DNA from: Albugo candida
Taxonomy: Eukaryota
Reading direction: 5' to 3'
DNA length: 64,000 nt
Assembly: GCA_040437565.1 (NCBI GenBank)
Contig: JBDOQK010000052.1
Coordinates: 1-64,000 of the forward strand
Shown here: piece after piece, positions 25,771 through 39,081 of the stretch
How positions within the stretch are numbered: position 1 is the stretch's first letter
Layout of the letters: each line of letters starts with the position of its first letter
Made by a program: the position numbers and the translations under genes
Notes under the pieces: model-generated
What the model saw: only the letters and a program-made list of their open reading frames with translations
What the model was told of the DNA's origin: nothing
Database searches by the model: none

Positions 25771-28700
25771 ATGCTTCATAATGTTAGCGATGTAACAAGT
25801 TGCAGTCTTGAGACATTGCTGCAAGCTTTACGATGCAGATTTGGACTTAATAGAGCGGTTTCTACAGTAGCCAGCAGCACCTTCCTGGAAGATATAGAGA
25901 AGTTTCGAATTCAGGCCGGGTATTTAGAGCTCGTCGACGTAAGTAAATGCAGCTTACGTCGGGTATGTGTCACTCCTGTCACGTCCAATTCATCACACGA
26001 AATTGTATCAATCCTTTACAAGCGTCCTGGGACCTGGCGTGCCTTGCGTCTCTGTCAAATTACAATACCGAAAGCTGTGCATAGAACACTAATGCAAGCC
26101 TACGAGCCCCACTTTAGCCAACCTGAATCCACATTTCCATCGCAACTAGCAACTCCCACGATTTTGGAAGCCCCAATTGCTGATGGAAATTCACATTGCT
26201 TGCACATCGAATTGCATTTGGACTTTGCCCTAGGAACGGTCCGTGATGCGTTTACAGCTCACGCATGCATTGATTGATTTTAATCTCACAGATCGAACCG
26301 CTTTGGTGCCGCTTAGCCATCTATGACCTGAATTTGAATATTCGCATCACAGAAGAAATTTGCTTCCCGCTATCGAGCACGGGCCAGATGACTTCATGCA
26401 CACCCGACGCTATTTTCTACATCCTGAAAGAGTATCCGCTGCAACATCAATACATAGTTGTGAAGATAAGCAAGATTCTTGGAGGGGATCCAGAGACGTG
26501 CATCACACCATACTTACACCCTGAGCGATATTTTGGCACGTTAGAGCGACACAAGTTGCTGGATCGAACAAATCAGATAATGAATCGACTTGGACGGTAT
26601 CGTCAAACATTTGCATGGGGGGCAACCTCACTGACGTTGGAGTCACACAAACGTATTGTTTTATATCGCCAACGATCAGGTTTGAGGGATGAACAAAGAA
26701 TCCTTCAAATTCCCGACGCAGCAAAAGCTGCACTTCGGTATTATTCATTTCCATATCAAAAGATCAAATAATCTGAACCCAAGATGTACATATCTAGACA
26801 AAAGATCATACCAGGTGTTTGTGAAATCAAGATTGAAAAGATTGATTTTGTTACAACGAACAGGACAGAGACTCTAACAAGCTCGACTATAGTTTCGTCA
26901 CAGGATACCATCGCTACAAACGCTTATTGTGAATTTCCCATGGGCTTTGAGAGCAAACAAGACAAGTGCTTCCGACTAATTCTTGAAGTCCAGCCTTTTT
27001 GTCATCCGACTTTGTATCAGCAATACGGCTTGACGGGAAGCGGGAAAGTTGCATCATCGGACCTCAATGCACTTTATTTTTACCCCATTCAGATTGAGAG
27101 ATGCAACTATCGCAATGTTGTGGTACGAGTGCACTTACTAACAACAGAATTGGATTTTGTTCCCGGCTTTGAGCACTGCGATGCGACCACAGGGAGTATT
27201 CTGCCCAATTTTTATGGCACTAATGGTATGGAACCCTTTGCACTCTCTAGTGTACATTATCACCAAAAAAATCCGCAATTTGACGATGAAATAAAAGTTG
27301 TATTACCCTCAACGCTCGATTCACGCCATCATTTATTCATCACGTTCTATCATGTCCACTGCAAAAAAGTTACGGAATTTCACGCTCAACAAGAGTTGAT
27401 AGGGTACTCAGCTCTACCGCTAATGGATCAATGCGGACGAATTGTGCAAGATTCAATGCATACATTGTCAATCACAATGACTCCATCATCTCGCAGTAGT
27501 AGATATTCACCACCAGTGGAGCTTCCAGAAGGCTATTCGCAAAGCTTTTACGACACTTTGATCCCGAACAACAATAGACTACCGGCTTTTACTTGCAAAA
27601 CGCGTGTGCTATCGTCAATTTACAGTCAGGATGCACATATCTCGACCCTTCTGCATCCACTCTGTCGAGAAGTGATACATGATGGTACATATCAGCGAGA
27701 TGAAGCTGATTGCACAAGAGATATTGAGGGTCTTGTTGACGCTCCTGCGACAGATGTTTGCTTTTTTTTGCTTCCAGTTGCTAAAGTTTTATTCGGATAT
27801 ATATGCTTTGGGTCACCGCAAACACGTAAGGCAGCATTCGTTTCGCTTTTGACTCTATTCGACAAAGTATGTACATCGACAAACTCTGATCAAGACACAT
27901 CCGAATACGACACAATACTGCACGACTACGTGCAGTTTGCATTTCACGACCGCGAGATACGAAATCCTTCAAACCCGAGCGAAAAAATTCATCGAACTAG
28001 AGTGTATCGAGCGCTCCTTTTGGAATGGAGGGATGTCTTACGTGGAAATAAGCAATCAAGCGAGCAACCGGACACTCAAGGTCGAAGCTTGCCTCACGCG
28101 CACATTTTTTTGAAGCTCGTCCTCAAATCGATGGCGATCAATTTACTGAAAGATGTAAGCGGGAATACAGTTGCAGCAGCCACACTTCCAAGCTATCTCG
28201 ATTCTGATGATGAGACATTGGTCGTTGACGTGCTCGTTGAATTGATTGGTATAATTTCAGAAGCTCCCCCGATAGATACCGCATTGCGAATAAGAATCAA
28301 CAGTAGCATTGCGTATTTCTGTCGCGGATTGTTTTTGGTCGTACAGCCTCAGCTCCCAAGTCGAATCATCTGCATCTACATGCTGAATATTTCTCGTAGT
28401 CAAAGACTCTGTGCAACAACAACTCACGTCATGCTCTCCTTCTGCAAAATCATTATGGAGTTTGAGTTATTTGTTTCGGTAAACGGATTCAACCACATCT
28501 ATCAGGTTCAGAATCATCAATCGTATGGCTGGTTAGCGCAATTGTTCTTCTCGGCCTTTATATTCATTGTAAAAAACCACGACGACGATCAGATACAGAT
28601 TGCCGCTCTAAAAGCGCTTCGGCATATGTTTGTGCTCAATGCGTACGATTGCCACCATCAAAGTAGAGATGATCAAGAACGAATAGCGCTCCTGTACATA

Positions 28701-31700
28701 CCAGCTCTGACGTCTCTGATTCCATTACATTCTTCAAAACATTTGTCGTTTGACTCGGATGCGGATTCAGAAAAAGGTTTTGAAATGCGAAAAGAATTAT
28801 CCATCTGCATCGCGCATCTAATCAGCAGTTTGTCTGATCGATGTCTCAGTGTCTTTCTTAAACCTGCGTCTTTTGTCACAAAGGATCTTCTCATGATCTC
28901 TCCTGGCCGCAAAGAAAGTCAAACTCTCATCACGCAAAGCCTACCATTTGAATTCGGATGGCTACACTGTATCATGGTCACAATACGAAATCTCATCAGG
29001 ATATATCTCATCATTGCGAACCCATCGTTTGTCAGTTTATTGTCTCCCGATATGAAGACTTCTTCCAATATCAAACCGCGTGTAATTGCTCGAGCCAGAA
29101 GTAAGACAAGTGCAGCCATGTCAACAGACCTCGAAAAGAACAGAAAATCAGTACAAAAAGTTGGAGATCGTCCCCGGCAGGCAAATAGACTATCAAGTCC
29201 CATGCTGCTACAGCGTCCTGCTCTTGAATGTCTTCCATGCCACTCAGATTCTTCTTTGACTTGTCACGAATCAACTTTCAATATCGAGGAGCGGAATGTT
29301 AGTGCTGTCAAGGATCCGTCTATCGACGGAGCGGTGAGAAGTCTGCAAATTGGCGTAGCTCAAAATGTACTTCGTGCTCTGAATAAAATCACCAATGAGT
29401 TCCAAAAGTACTTTTCTTCTAGGAGATATATGGCTCCCAGTTCAGCTTCATACATCATCGAGGATGCTAATGCTGTCGGCACTATTGCTCAGCCCGACAA
29501 TCGGCAAGCACAGGACGTTTTGATGGAGATGAGTGATCTTCATTTCTTGCTTTTATCTCACTCTGTTCAGCTTGAAACACTCTGCAGCTGGTCATCATTT
29601 CTTGATGAAGTCGTAGATAAATATCCACAGCCGATCTGTTTTGTATTTCAGCTCTGCGAAAGCTTGTTGAGTTACATCACAGCTTTTGGAAATAATACGC
29701 TTGGAGAGCATTTGGATCAATCGGCACAATTTCAGACACGAGATCGACTCAAGCTTTTACTTCGAATAATCGCATTTGTGAATGACACCTCTATCAGGCA
29801 ATGTGCAGGGATTCTTTTGTGTAAGATCTTCCATATCTCTTTTGAACAGCAAGGTACCTTTCATCTTATTCGCGAGACAATAATGGAGATATTTCACGAG
29901 GTGTACTATGGATGGGAATCTTCTTCGTCAAATCGATGGGTGCTGACTCCTACATACCTTGGTGACATTGTACACCAGCTTCGTTTAGGTTCAAACATCG
30001 ACTCATTCAATCTTCTGGACGCGTCATTTGCTGATCAGAAGCCGTTTGCTTTTCATTTTGCGGAAGCTTTGGACACACTGAACAATCAACTTGACGTGTA
30101 CTTCAAATGGAAAGACGCATTGGAGATTCTCAAGTCGACTTCATCAACCGTGTTCGATTACGAGTTGCTGGAAGAAGACATTCAGGCTGTGATGAGATCG
30201 ATCTCCCCCATTTCGATGATTGACGAAAAGCTGTTTTGGCTCGATGCCCTTGTACGACTACATGCTGCAAGGGGGCATTTTGCTGAAGCGGCTTACTGCA
30301 AATGCTCAGCCGCAGAGTATTGCTTACAATCAGCACAGGTACAAACAGGCTTGGCCAGAAATCGATACGCAAGTGAGCTGGAAAAAGCAATGGAGTATGT
30401 TGAACGAGCAGGCTGGGACTCGAAAAAACTCGAGATATGGGAGAGTATGTTGCGTCATGCGCGAGATTGTGAGACGAACTCTGAGCACTACGGACAAATT
30501 TCACAGATTCTCGCACGTGTTGTTCAAAAGCCAATACTCTGTGACAACCAACAGCTCGATTTTTGCTTTTATCGAGTATCCGTCATATTTGATAGTCGTC
30601 TGGATTGTACTGCTCCCTTAGAGCTGACAGAACATATCTACAAACGTAGTATATTTACGTCACTGGGCGAATTTGTCACTGAAATCAAACTGATTTTGAA
30701 GGCTAAAACTTCAATGTCGACTTCGATCGAGCTCGTCCCTGAAGGGAGGAGCCACCCGGCACCTCCAGAGCCTGATACGATTTACTTCAGGACGACTGTG
30801 TTAAAGCCAGTTGGAAAATCTGTAGAACATTGTCATCAGTATCAATACGCAACTCCATTCACCTTTTCCGGTCCGGCGTATGGCAGCGTTTCTGAGCAAA
30901 TGAAGCGCGTTATTTATCTGACAGTTCCCAATAGTTTTCCATACTTTTTGACCCGACAGGTTGTGATAGACCGGAGAGAGTATGTCCGCTGTCCAATCGA
31001 GAACGCGATCGAAGACATCGCGAAGCGGAATGCCGCACTCCAAATTGAGATTGACAAAGAACGAAAAGGTTGCACAGAATCAAAAGCACTTAGCCTCATT
31101 TTGAAAGGAAGTGTGGATCCAGAGGTTCACGGGGGGATACCCGAGGTTATTCGATCCTTCTTTGGACGGGAGAATGCGAATAATGACGCTGTCGAGAATG
31201 TGGCAAGTAGGGATACAATTTTGCCGCAATTACTGGATTCCACAGGACATTCCATGGATTCCGACCTGAGCTTCACANNNNNNNNNNNNNNNNNNNNNNN
31301 NNNNNNNNNNNNNNNNNNNNNNNNNNNNNNNNNNNNNNNNNNNNNNNNNNNNNNNNNNNNNNNNNNNNNNNNNNNNNGAATGCCGCACTCCAAATTGAGA
31401 TTGACAAAGAACGAAAAGGTTGCACAGAATCAAAAGCACTTAGTCTCATTTTGAAAGGAAGTGTGGATCCAGAGGTTCATGGGGGGATACCCGAGGTTAT
31501 TCGATCCTTTTTTGGACGGGAGCATGCGAGTAGTGACGCTGTCGAGAATGTGGCAAGTAGTGATACAATTTTGCCGCAATTACTGGATTCCACAGGACAT
31601 TCCATGGATTCCGACCTGAGCTTCACAAAGCGACTAGAACTTGCAAACATCATTCTTTGCTTTCTACAAAAGTGTCAGCAATGTCTACGGATAAGTCGTA

Positions 31701-32077
31701 AGACTTTACGTCAGTCCGCTTCGGTCACTTCGGTCTCGTTTCCGACTCCATTATCGCCTTCCTTCCAAAGGATTCACGAAAACATATTCGCATCCTCGCA
31801 TACTTGGAATGAACAGAAACAAAGTAATCAAAGCGTTCCTGCAGCTCTCAATGCGATGACCAACTTCCTTGGGATCACGTATGGTTCTCATTCTGGAGGA
31901 TCACCCGCCGATGCGCTCGAGCAACTTCAATCCGAGTTTGACAAATCTTTCGAAATGCTTTTGGTCTTAGTTCGGGACAGTATTGTACCGGCATTTTCCA
32001 ATCGAAAGGAGTACACACAGATTCAAAAATGCGTGCAGGACATTCAAACCTTACGACAGGAAGATTCAAACACATAA
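25771..32077 (+). CDS. DOCK-family Rho GEF (C2/DHR-1 and DHR-2 domains), multi-exon, gap near the 3' end
   Basis: SVHYHQKNPQFDDEIKVVLP...HHLFITFYHVHC (DHR-1); YATPFTFSGPAYGSVSEQMKR, FPYFLTRQ, PIENAIEDI, LKGSVDPEVHGG (DHR-2); short introns near 26240 and 26740; start codon tentative. Confidence 0.92.
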
Positions 32078-32089
32078 TTACAATACGCG

Positions 32090-32602
32090 CTACTCGGCTC
32101 TGTCTGCATCCTTTATTGCCTCTTCACTCGTATCGTGTCCCGCTTTTCCACTATTTCCATACTTTTGGGTCGCTTTTACTCGCCGATTTGCTTTTCTTTT
32201 TTGTATCTTTTGTATCTTTTGATTTCGTACGCTCTTTTCTCCATTGTAAAGATCGTCCAACTTCTCCGTCAGCAATTTGCGTGCAATTCGGCGGTTATCA
32301 TCCAAACAGCGTGTTTTCTGGCATCGTACGTGGATCCCTGTGATTGACTCGAGTGAGAGTCGATTTGTTGGCAAATAATTATTTCGCGTACCCGTTGGAG
32401 AGTGCTTCAAAAGCACGCAATTACGCACTTTATTTATTTTCTGACCGCCTTTACCGCTTCCTTTTACAAACTGCTCGGTTACATCCTCTTCACGGAAGGC
32501 TGTGACAAAGTTTCTGGCCTGAAACAATTTATCAACGCGCGGTCGTGGTGTTAAACTCTTTTTTAAGCAAGTAGCACTGATAAAGTGGCAGATACGCAGC
32601 AT
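32090..32602 (-). CDS. Mitochondrial peptide chain release factor C12orf65/MTRFR-like
   Basis: [43 protein letters not shown]...NRRIARKLL with basic tail; probable 54-nt in-frame intron. Confidence 0.9.
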   Translation of the reverse strand: [170 protein letters not shown]

Positions 32603-32691
32603 TGTGTCAGTGAGGTTCTAGTGTCCAATCATTAGCACTTGTTAGACGCATTACGAGCATTTGCGTTTTCTTAACCAAAACGAGTCTATTA

Positions 32692-33597
32692 TCAAAATTG
32701 GTTGAATAAAGCTTTATCACGGTTTTTCTTCTTGTTTTTGGCTTTTAAGGCTTCTTCTCGGGCAAGTTTCACGGCAGTGGACTCGCCAGCTTTCTTTTTC
32801 TTTCCTTTGCTTTTGATCACAGTCTTGATATCGGCACATGCCGGTGTTTCTGAGCAAATCGTACTCTCAGGAGCATGAACGGGTGGTGTATCTTACGACT
32901 GTTTCAGTATGCATCAGTCTGATAGAACAAGTTGAGATATACCTTTTGTGGTAGTTGCCTTCTTCTTTTTCTTTTTGGTCTTCTTTATAGTTCCATTGAC
33001 CCCGTCAACAGGTACTTCGACTTGCTCATTTCCATTTTCCCCATTTGTGCGGCTGTCTTCCACTAATATCGACATCCAAGGCATCAGTCAGTATTAAGAG
33101 TTGAGTCAAAGATATACCTGGTATTCCAAGATCCGCGAGAACGGATTCTAATTCCTCCATTTCGATTTTCTTCTTTTCTTTTTTGCTTAGTATCTTTACA
33201 GGTGTCTTGACTTTTTCTTTGATGGTTTTGTCGGTGTTTTGTACTGGTCCTTCGCATTCATCTTTCTCTTCGTCACCGTCTTCTTCTTCACTCTCACTCT
33301 CTGACTCATTCTCTGAATCCTGTGAATCAATCTCCCCTTCATTTGAAATGTCATCTGTTCGAATTGTCGCTTTTGGTGAGCTTCTACTATCGCTGTCGTC
33401 GTCCCATGCAAGTGTCGAGTCTGCAAATCGAAGCATATCCAATCGCTTCTTGTCGTTTGATTCTGCATCTTTAGCTTTTCTAGTATTTTTCCGGTTTCCG
33501 TCCCGCAATACTTAATGTGTGCAGTATCCAAACATAGCATTGTGAAGGGTGAACAACAACAAGCGCGATGCTTACCTGCGAATACGTTGGAGCTCAT
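32692..33597 (-). CDS. Conserved hypothetical acidic/Lys-rich protein, multi-exon
   Basis: MSSNVFA|VLRDG...AWDDDSD...LSKKEKKKIEMEELESVLADLG...AVKLAREEALKAKNKKKNRDKALFNQF*; GT-AG introns visible. Confidence 0.65.
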
Positions 33598-33952
33598 TTC
33601 GGCACGATCAAAACCGGTCGATAATACCGATTCTAGCGGTATCGCACTTATTCGTCATGAACGGTACCCCTACGGTTATTTTTCTGCCGCCGGTGCTTAA
33701 TTCCTTGAAGCGTCACGGAACTGAAGTTTTGACAGTTATAATTGAAGCTATTAATATAGTAGAGACGCAAAGTATAACAAATTTGTGCTTGTACACATCA
33801 TCCAATTGTCTCGGACTCTCTTTTACGGCAGTAACGCGTCTCGTGCACACGTCATAGCGTCGCAAATATCTGCAAGTTTGCTGTCTCCATAAATCATTTG
33901 CGTACCATTGTTTTTACTCTGTTGGTCGAACGATATTCACTCAATTTGGAGT

Positions 33953-34544
33953 ATGATGACGAAAATGAAGGAAGCTTATGGTACATACAGGAAAGAGTTC
34001 TCGTCGTTCGATCACGATCTCGTGTCAATGACGCATGGGAAACCCGGCTACGCGAATCTGAATCACATGAACCCTGGATCTCCTATTAGCGACATAAGTG
34101 ACTTGGATGAAACGACTGATTTGGAGGAATTATTAGTACAAGGAACCACCGCTGGGCCACAGATGAATCCAGGTGAGATTTTTGGCACTTTCACGCTTGC
34201 GCTCACCGCTACGTATAGCTATACTTGGATGTGCGATATTTTCATTTTCAGGATTTCTTATATTGGTAGTTGCATTTATCTACTTGCGTGCCCATTTCAT
34301 TGTTGCTCATCTTGTCGATGATGTAGCTTATCGTTGGTTCCCTGGTCAGCAGCAACTCGCTATTCATCAAAGTACATCCTCCGAAGGGGAAGAAAAAATC
34401 ATCGCTGGCTACCAGTATATTCTTAGCGTGTTTCTTGTACATGTGCATGTTTGGTACGAGCATTACGTACTTACTTCGCGCTCGAAGGGCGCAAAAAGTG
34501 TATCAATTATCCTTAGACATACATACCGAATAGAAATGCTGTGA
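33953..34544 (+). CDS. Small hypothetical single-pass membrane protein
   Basis: Exon ending at gtgag (~34173); acceptor at ~34251 leads into hydrophobic GFLILVVAFIYL; 3' end uncertain. Confidence 0.4.
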
Positions 34545-34863
34545 TTTTCCATCATTCATGAACGACGACATTTGAAAAGTTTCTTTCCAGCCCTGTCGTC
34601 CAAACTGCACATAAATGGTTGTGTGCCGTTTCAGTACCACGTCGAGTGTATTATCTGGAAGGATTTCTGTCGAATTTCGAGCTTCTTAATCTGACAATAA
34701 GGCCGCATGTAGAGTATCTCCCAATCAAAAGGACCTATGCAAAATCTTACGTAATCACAGCTGCGAGGAGGAATCCATTTCTGTATCAACGGCTCTTGTA
34801 GTCTCCTCCAGTCGGAAGCTGGGCATTCGGACTTGAGTAATTCCCATTTTTCTCATAAGAAGA

Positions 34864-35434
34864 ATGCATGTTTTACCGCTGCTTTTTTTCATTGTAATGC
34901 GCGTTAGCTACATATGCGAATGCGGCGATGATAGATGCATTCCGGAAAATCTAATGCAGCTATTCAGCTCGAGTCTAAAGCATAATGAACACAACGGAAA
35001 ATGCAAGAAATTCTCACTTAATAAGTGCGAGGAATGTAAAGCAGTTTTGGCGGCCATGGAAGAGAAGAAAAAGAATGCATGGATTACTAGGCCACATTCA
35101 ATCAGAATCGATGAAGTATCTAAATGGCCAACAGATAGCGACTCAGAAACAGATTCATTTGATTCTGATATTGATTCCCCGACCATAAAGCAAATTTCTA
35201 GATTCGAGCGTGCACCTAATTATGATCAAGGTTCTACTTCAAAATCACAAGATACGCCTGCCTGTAAGATTAAAAATCATCTGCGGAACTTGTTGAACAC
35301 ATGCAAAAAATGTTTGGGTGAGAGTACATCGTGTTCATCTTACTCGTTAATCAGGTCATCTTTATGTAGAGGATCTGTGCGGAAGTCAAGAAAAAGAAGA
35401 CGAAATCGAGCTTATAGAAAAGAAGGCAAAATAG
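34864..35434 (+). CDS. Small secreted Cys-rich protein, family A copy 1 (candidate effector)
   Basis: Signal-like MHVLPLLFFIVMRVSYICECG; intron gtgag...tatgtag after CKKCL gives CKKCL-EDLCGSQ...KAK*. Confidence 0.75.
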
Positions 35435-35698
35435 GCAGTCACAACATACAAACCGATAAAAATAATTCCATCGTGATATCCATCGCATCAAGTGTTCGTA
35501 CCTTGAACACTTACACCTAGTGCAACATTTGTCATCGCATATTCGTACCTTCGAGCGACTTCACAAGGCCTCCCATNNNNNNNNNNNNNNNNNNNNNNNN
35601 NNNNNNNNNNNNNNNNNNNNNNNNNNNNNNNNNNNNNNNNNNNNNNNNNNNNNNNNNNNNNNNNNNNNNNNNNNNNTCCCATTCACTCGCGCTGAAAA

Positions 35699-37014
35699 AT
35701 GCTTTCCTATTCGTTGCGTTGGAATTGCCTACCTACATGCATGAAATCACCCGGAGCTGTAATGCAGCGTGGCCGTTTCGGGTCTTTGTCCGTAAGACTC
35801 TTTCCTTTGTACATCGAGCGTTTTCATAATAGATTGAATGCAGGGACTAAATCGAACGCCGCTTTACGACTTGCATGTAGAACTTGGAGGTAAAATGGTC
35901 AGTTTTGCCGGGTACCAGATGCCCATACAGTATAAAGACGGGATCGTGAAGTCACATTTGCACACTCGAATGGCTGGGAAATCGTCGCTTTTTGATGTGT
36001 CTCACATGGGCCAACTGCGGTACTTACGAATGTGGGGAATCTGCTCAATATTCCTCTTAACATTTCTTCTTACAACAGCATCGCTGGGAATGATCGTGAA
36101 GCGTTTTTGGAATCATTGGTCGTTGCCGACCTTGCTGCGTCAGCAATTGGAGAAGCTAAGCTGAGTCTCTTGACCAATAAAGATGGAGGCATCATTGATG
36201 ACTGTGTGATCACTAAATATGAAGATCACTTTTACGTTGTTGTGAATGCTGGTAACAAGGAAAACGATCTTCGGCATATGCATAGAGAGTTGGAACAGTT
36301 CAAAGGAGATGCAACTATTGAAATTCTGGATGATCGCGCGCTGGTCGCATTACAAGGACCGGGAGCTGTGAACACTCTGCGCAACGAAATGTTTGCATCG
36401 GTGGATTTTCAGGACCTCGAATTTATGAGGGGTTTGTACACTAGGATCACTTCTAATTCACCGCTACAAGGAGTTGATGTGATTCTAACCAGATGTGGTT
36501 ACACTGGTGAGGATGGTTTCGAATTGTCGATTCCTAGCTCTCATGTGGAGCAATTCGCTCGACAATTATTACGAGACGATTCTGTTCTCGAAGCTGGTTT
36601 AGGAGCACGAGATAGCCTTCGTTTAGAAGCAGGATTGTGCTTGCATGGTCAAGATATCACTCCTTCAACAACACCTGTCCAAGCCACTCTAGCTTGGACA
36701 ATTGGAAAACGACGTCGTGAACATGGCGGTTTCCCGGGACACGCCATCATTATGGATCAGCTCAAAAACAAGAGCTTTTGCCAAAAGCGTGTTGGTTTTA
36801 TATCTGAAGGTACGACTTTTCGGAGTGGTGCGGCCTTGTGGGATTCAAATGGATCAATTGTGGGCAAAGTGACCAGTGGGACGTTCAGTCCGAGCTTAAA
36901 ATCACCTATTGGAATGGCATATATCGACAAGGATGCTGCCAAAATCGGATCAAAGGTGCACGCAAAAGCAAGAAACAAGGAACATGTATTGAGCATTACA
37001 AAAATGCCCTTTGT
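35699..37014 (+). CDS. gcvT: Glycine cleavage system T protein (aminomethyltransferase), mitochondrial; last codons fall in the gap
   Basis: [78 protein letters not shown]; introns 35792-35843 and ~36020-36078. Confidence 0.96.
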
Positions 37015-37290
37015 NNNNNNNNNNNNNNNNNNNNNNNNNNNNNNNNNNNNNNNNNNNNNNNNNNNNNNNNNNNNNNNNNNNNNNNNNNNNNNNNNNNNNN
37101 NNNNNNNNNNNNNNGGAATGATTTTCAATTCTGAACGCCGTTTCTCATGACTATCTGCTTCTGATGATGCAAGTATACTCTTTTAATCGCAAACGCAGAT
37201 TCAAAATGGAATGTGACAAATATGATCACCGTTTCGATCACTTGATGTCTATAATGGTAGACATGACAAATGAACAATCTCTGTGCTTTC

Positions 37291-38330
37291 TCATCCAATA
37301 GAGTTAATCAAGCTTACACTCAAGATGTATCTATTAGTGTGACGTAACCCGCGTAGCCGCAGTATGGCGGTACCAACTTCTGCACAGAATTCAATCAGGA
37401 GGATATCCATCAGGAAAATTGGGTATAAGAACGACGTAGGACATTGAGCATAGATAAGACTTCCTAGGCGGATAAAAGCGTAGACCATGGATTTGGTCGA
37501 TATAGATACACCGGTATTCCTGTGTAAGGGGAAAAGGGAGCTTGCGGGGTCAAACACAGCAATAATCGAGCTTAGAGAGGAAGAAACACGACCTGCAATA
37601 ATTTCTCGCCGAGTGCAGGAGAACCATAACAACACGAGATGGTAAAACGCCTTGAGAGGAGAGCAACCTTTTGAGGAGAAGAGCATTGATCAGAATTTGA
37701 AGGCAGTATTTTACACATTTATTTAATCGCCACTTGACACAATACCTTATGCATACTGCCCATATCCGCCAAAAGATGATCATCCTTGTGCCGGTTCGTC
37801 AGTCGTAGTGGAGTGCGGAGGCTGGTTCTGGTAATCTAGCATTAGTGTTTTCGCTACTGTACTAAAGCTGATCGATAATCAAAATCACGGCCTCTGCACA
37901 AAGCCAGTCTCTAGCCATCTTTATCACCTCATTAAAGCTTCTGCAGTTCCTGATGCGCCAAGGTCTGCAATGAACAAGTAGGCTTCACAATCCTATTTAA
38001 CGATGTTGTAATTTCGGAAGCAGATCATGCACATGCATGCGCTTATCGTTATTGGCTCATGTGAGGTACCAAGATAACGAAGATTTGCGGCCACTTGAAA
38101 ATGCAAATGCGACTTCACGATACCGTCTTTGTACTGCGCTGGTAACTGCAAGTCGTCTTGAAGCGAGTTCCTGCATTGATTTGCACCGTGAGATCTGAGT
38201 TGTTTTTAAGGCTGTGAAGAATGAGCACAAGTAGCGGAATGGATAAACTGCAGCAATACAGCTCGGAATAATTTTATGCAAGGCGGTAATTATTTTGTAT
38301 GGATCAAAGACTTGCCAAGCCACATGAGCT
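37291..38330 (-). pseudogene. Family B secreted-gene pseudogene, copy 1
   Basis: 5' region at ~38280 (ATA AAA TTA TTC CGA GCT GTA TTG CTG CAG) aligns with ~41332 and ~49968; body near 37760 aligns with ~40745 and ~47410. Confidence 0.55.
38050..38145 (-). pseudogene. gcvT: gcvT 5'-region fragment, inverted relative to the intact gene
   Basis: Reverse complement cagtacaaagacggtatcgtgaagtcgcatttgca...ctcacatgagccaa matches 35928-36014. Confidence 0.8.
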
Positions 38331-38481
38331 GGCACAAACGTACTTCGAGAAAAAAAGACTGATTCAATGGATATTGTATTAGCGGCGATGTATTTCAGAA
38401 TGAATTAAATATCCATGCTGTGAAGTACAAAGAATTTCCCTTAGGAGGAGATACCTCGGCCTTGTCCAATTTGCTACAAAT

Positions 38482-39081
38482 TCAATGCTTTCTTAAACGT
38501 CGACAGAATGCTTTTAAGAACAGCATTTTTTGAACGAGAGCCTGGAGTGAACGCATAAGCAATTTGAGGAATAACAAGGATGGACTCTTACTGCTATGTG
38601 TTGCGGATTGAGAATTCACACGTTGTTCATCATGACGGGTCGAGGTACCTTGATATTTTGACGTAGACCCTTCTTCGAAGTTAGGCTTTTGTATCCACTC
38701 CGATGCGCTCGGTGTATCTTGAGATTTTGATGTAGACCCTACTTCGAAGTTAGGCTTCTTCATCCACTCCAATGCGCCCGGTGTCCATTCGATATCACCC
38801 CTTTCATTGTTATCGTTGGCTCTCGAAGCTTGTATCGGGTCCACCAATTCGCTCGGTGTCAAATCGATACCTTTCATTTTATCGGAATGTTTGACATTTG
38901 AAGCTTGTATCGCGTCCTCCGATTCTATACGCTCTCTGCACAAGCGGCACATTTCATTGAAATAAATCATGCAGCGTTCATCGCAGTTATTAGGGTCAAA
39001 CTGCTGCCCGAGAAGTACTCCGCGCACGCATTTGTAGTTGATGCTTATTGCAATGAAGGTAAAAATGGGTAACGCATGCAT
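38482..39081 (-). CDS. Small secreted Cys-rich protein, family A copy 2, with internal repeats
   Basis: MHALPIFTFIAISINYKCVRG; CDERC..CRLC; tandem EWxxKPNFExGSTSKxQxT repeats. Confidence 0.78.
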   Translation of the reverse strand: MHALPIFTFIAISINYKCVRGVLLGQQFDPNNCDERCMIYFNEMCRLCRERIESEDAIQASNVKHSDKMKGIDLTPSELVDPIQASRANDNNERGDIEWTPGALEWMKKPNFEVGSTSKSQDTPSASEWIQKPNFEEGSTSKYQGTSTRHDEQRVNSQSATHSSKSPSLLFLKLLMRSLQALVQKMLFLKAFCRRLRKH

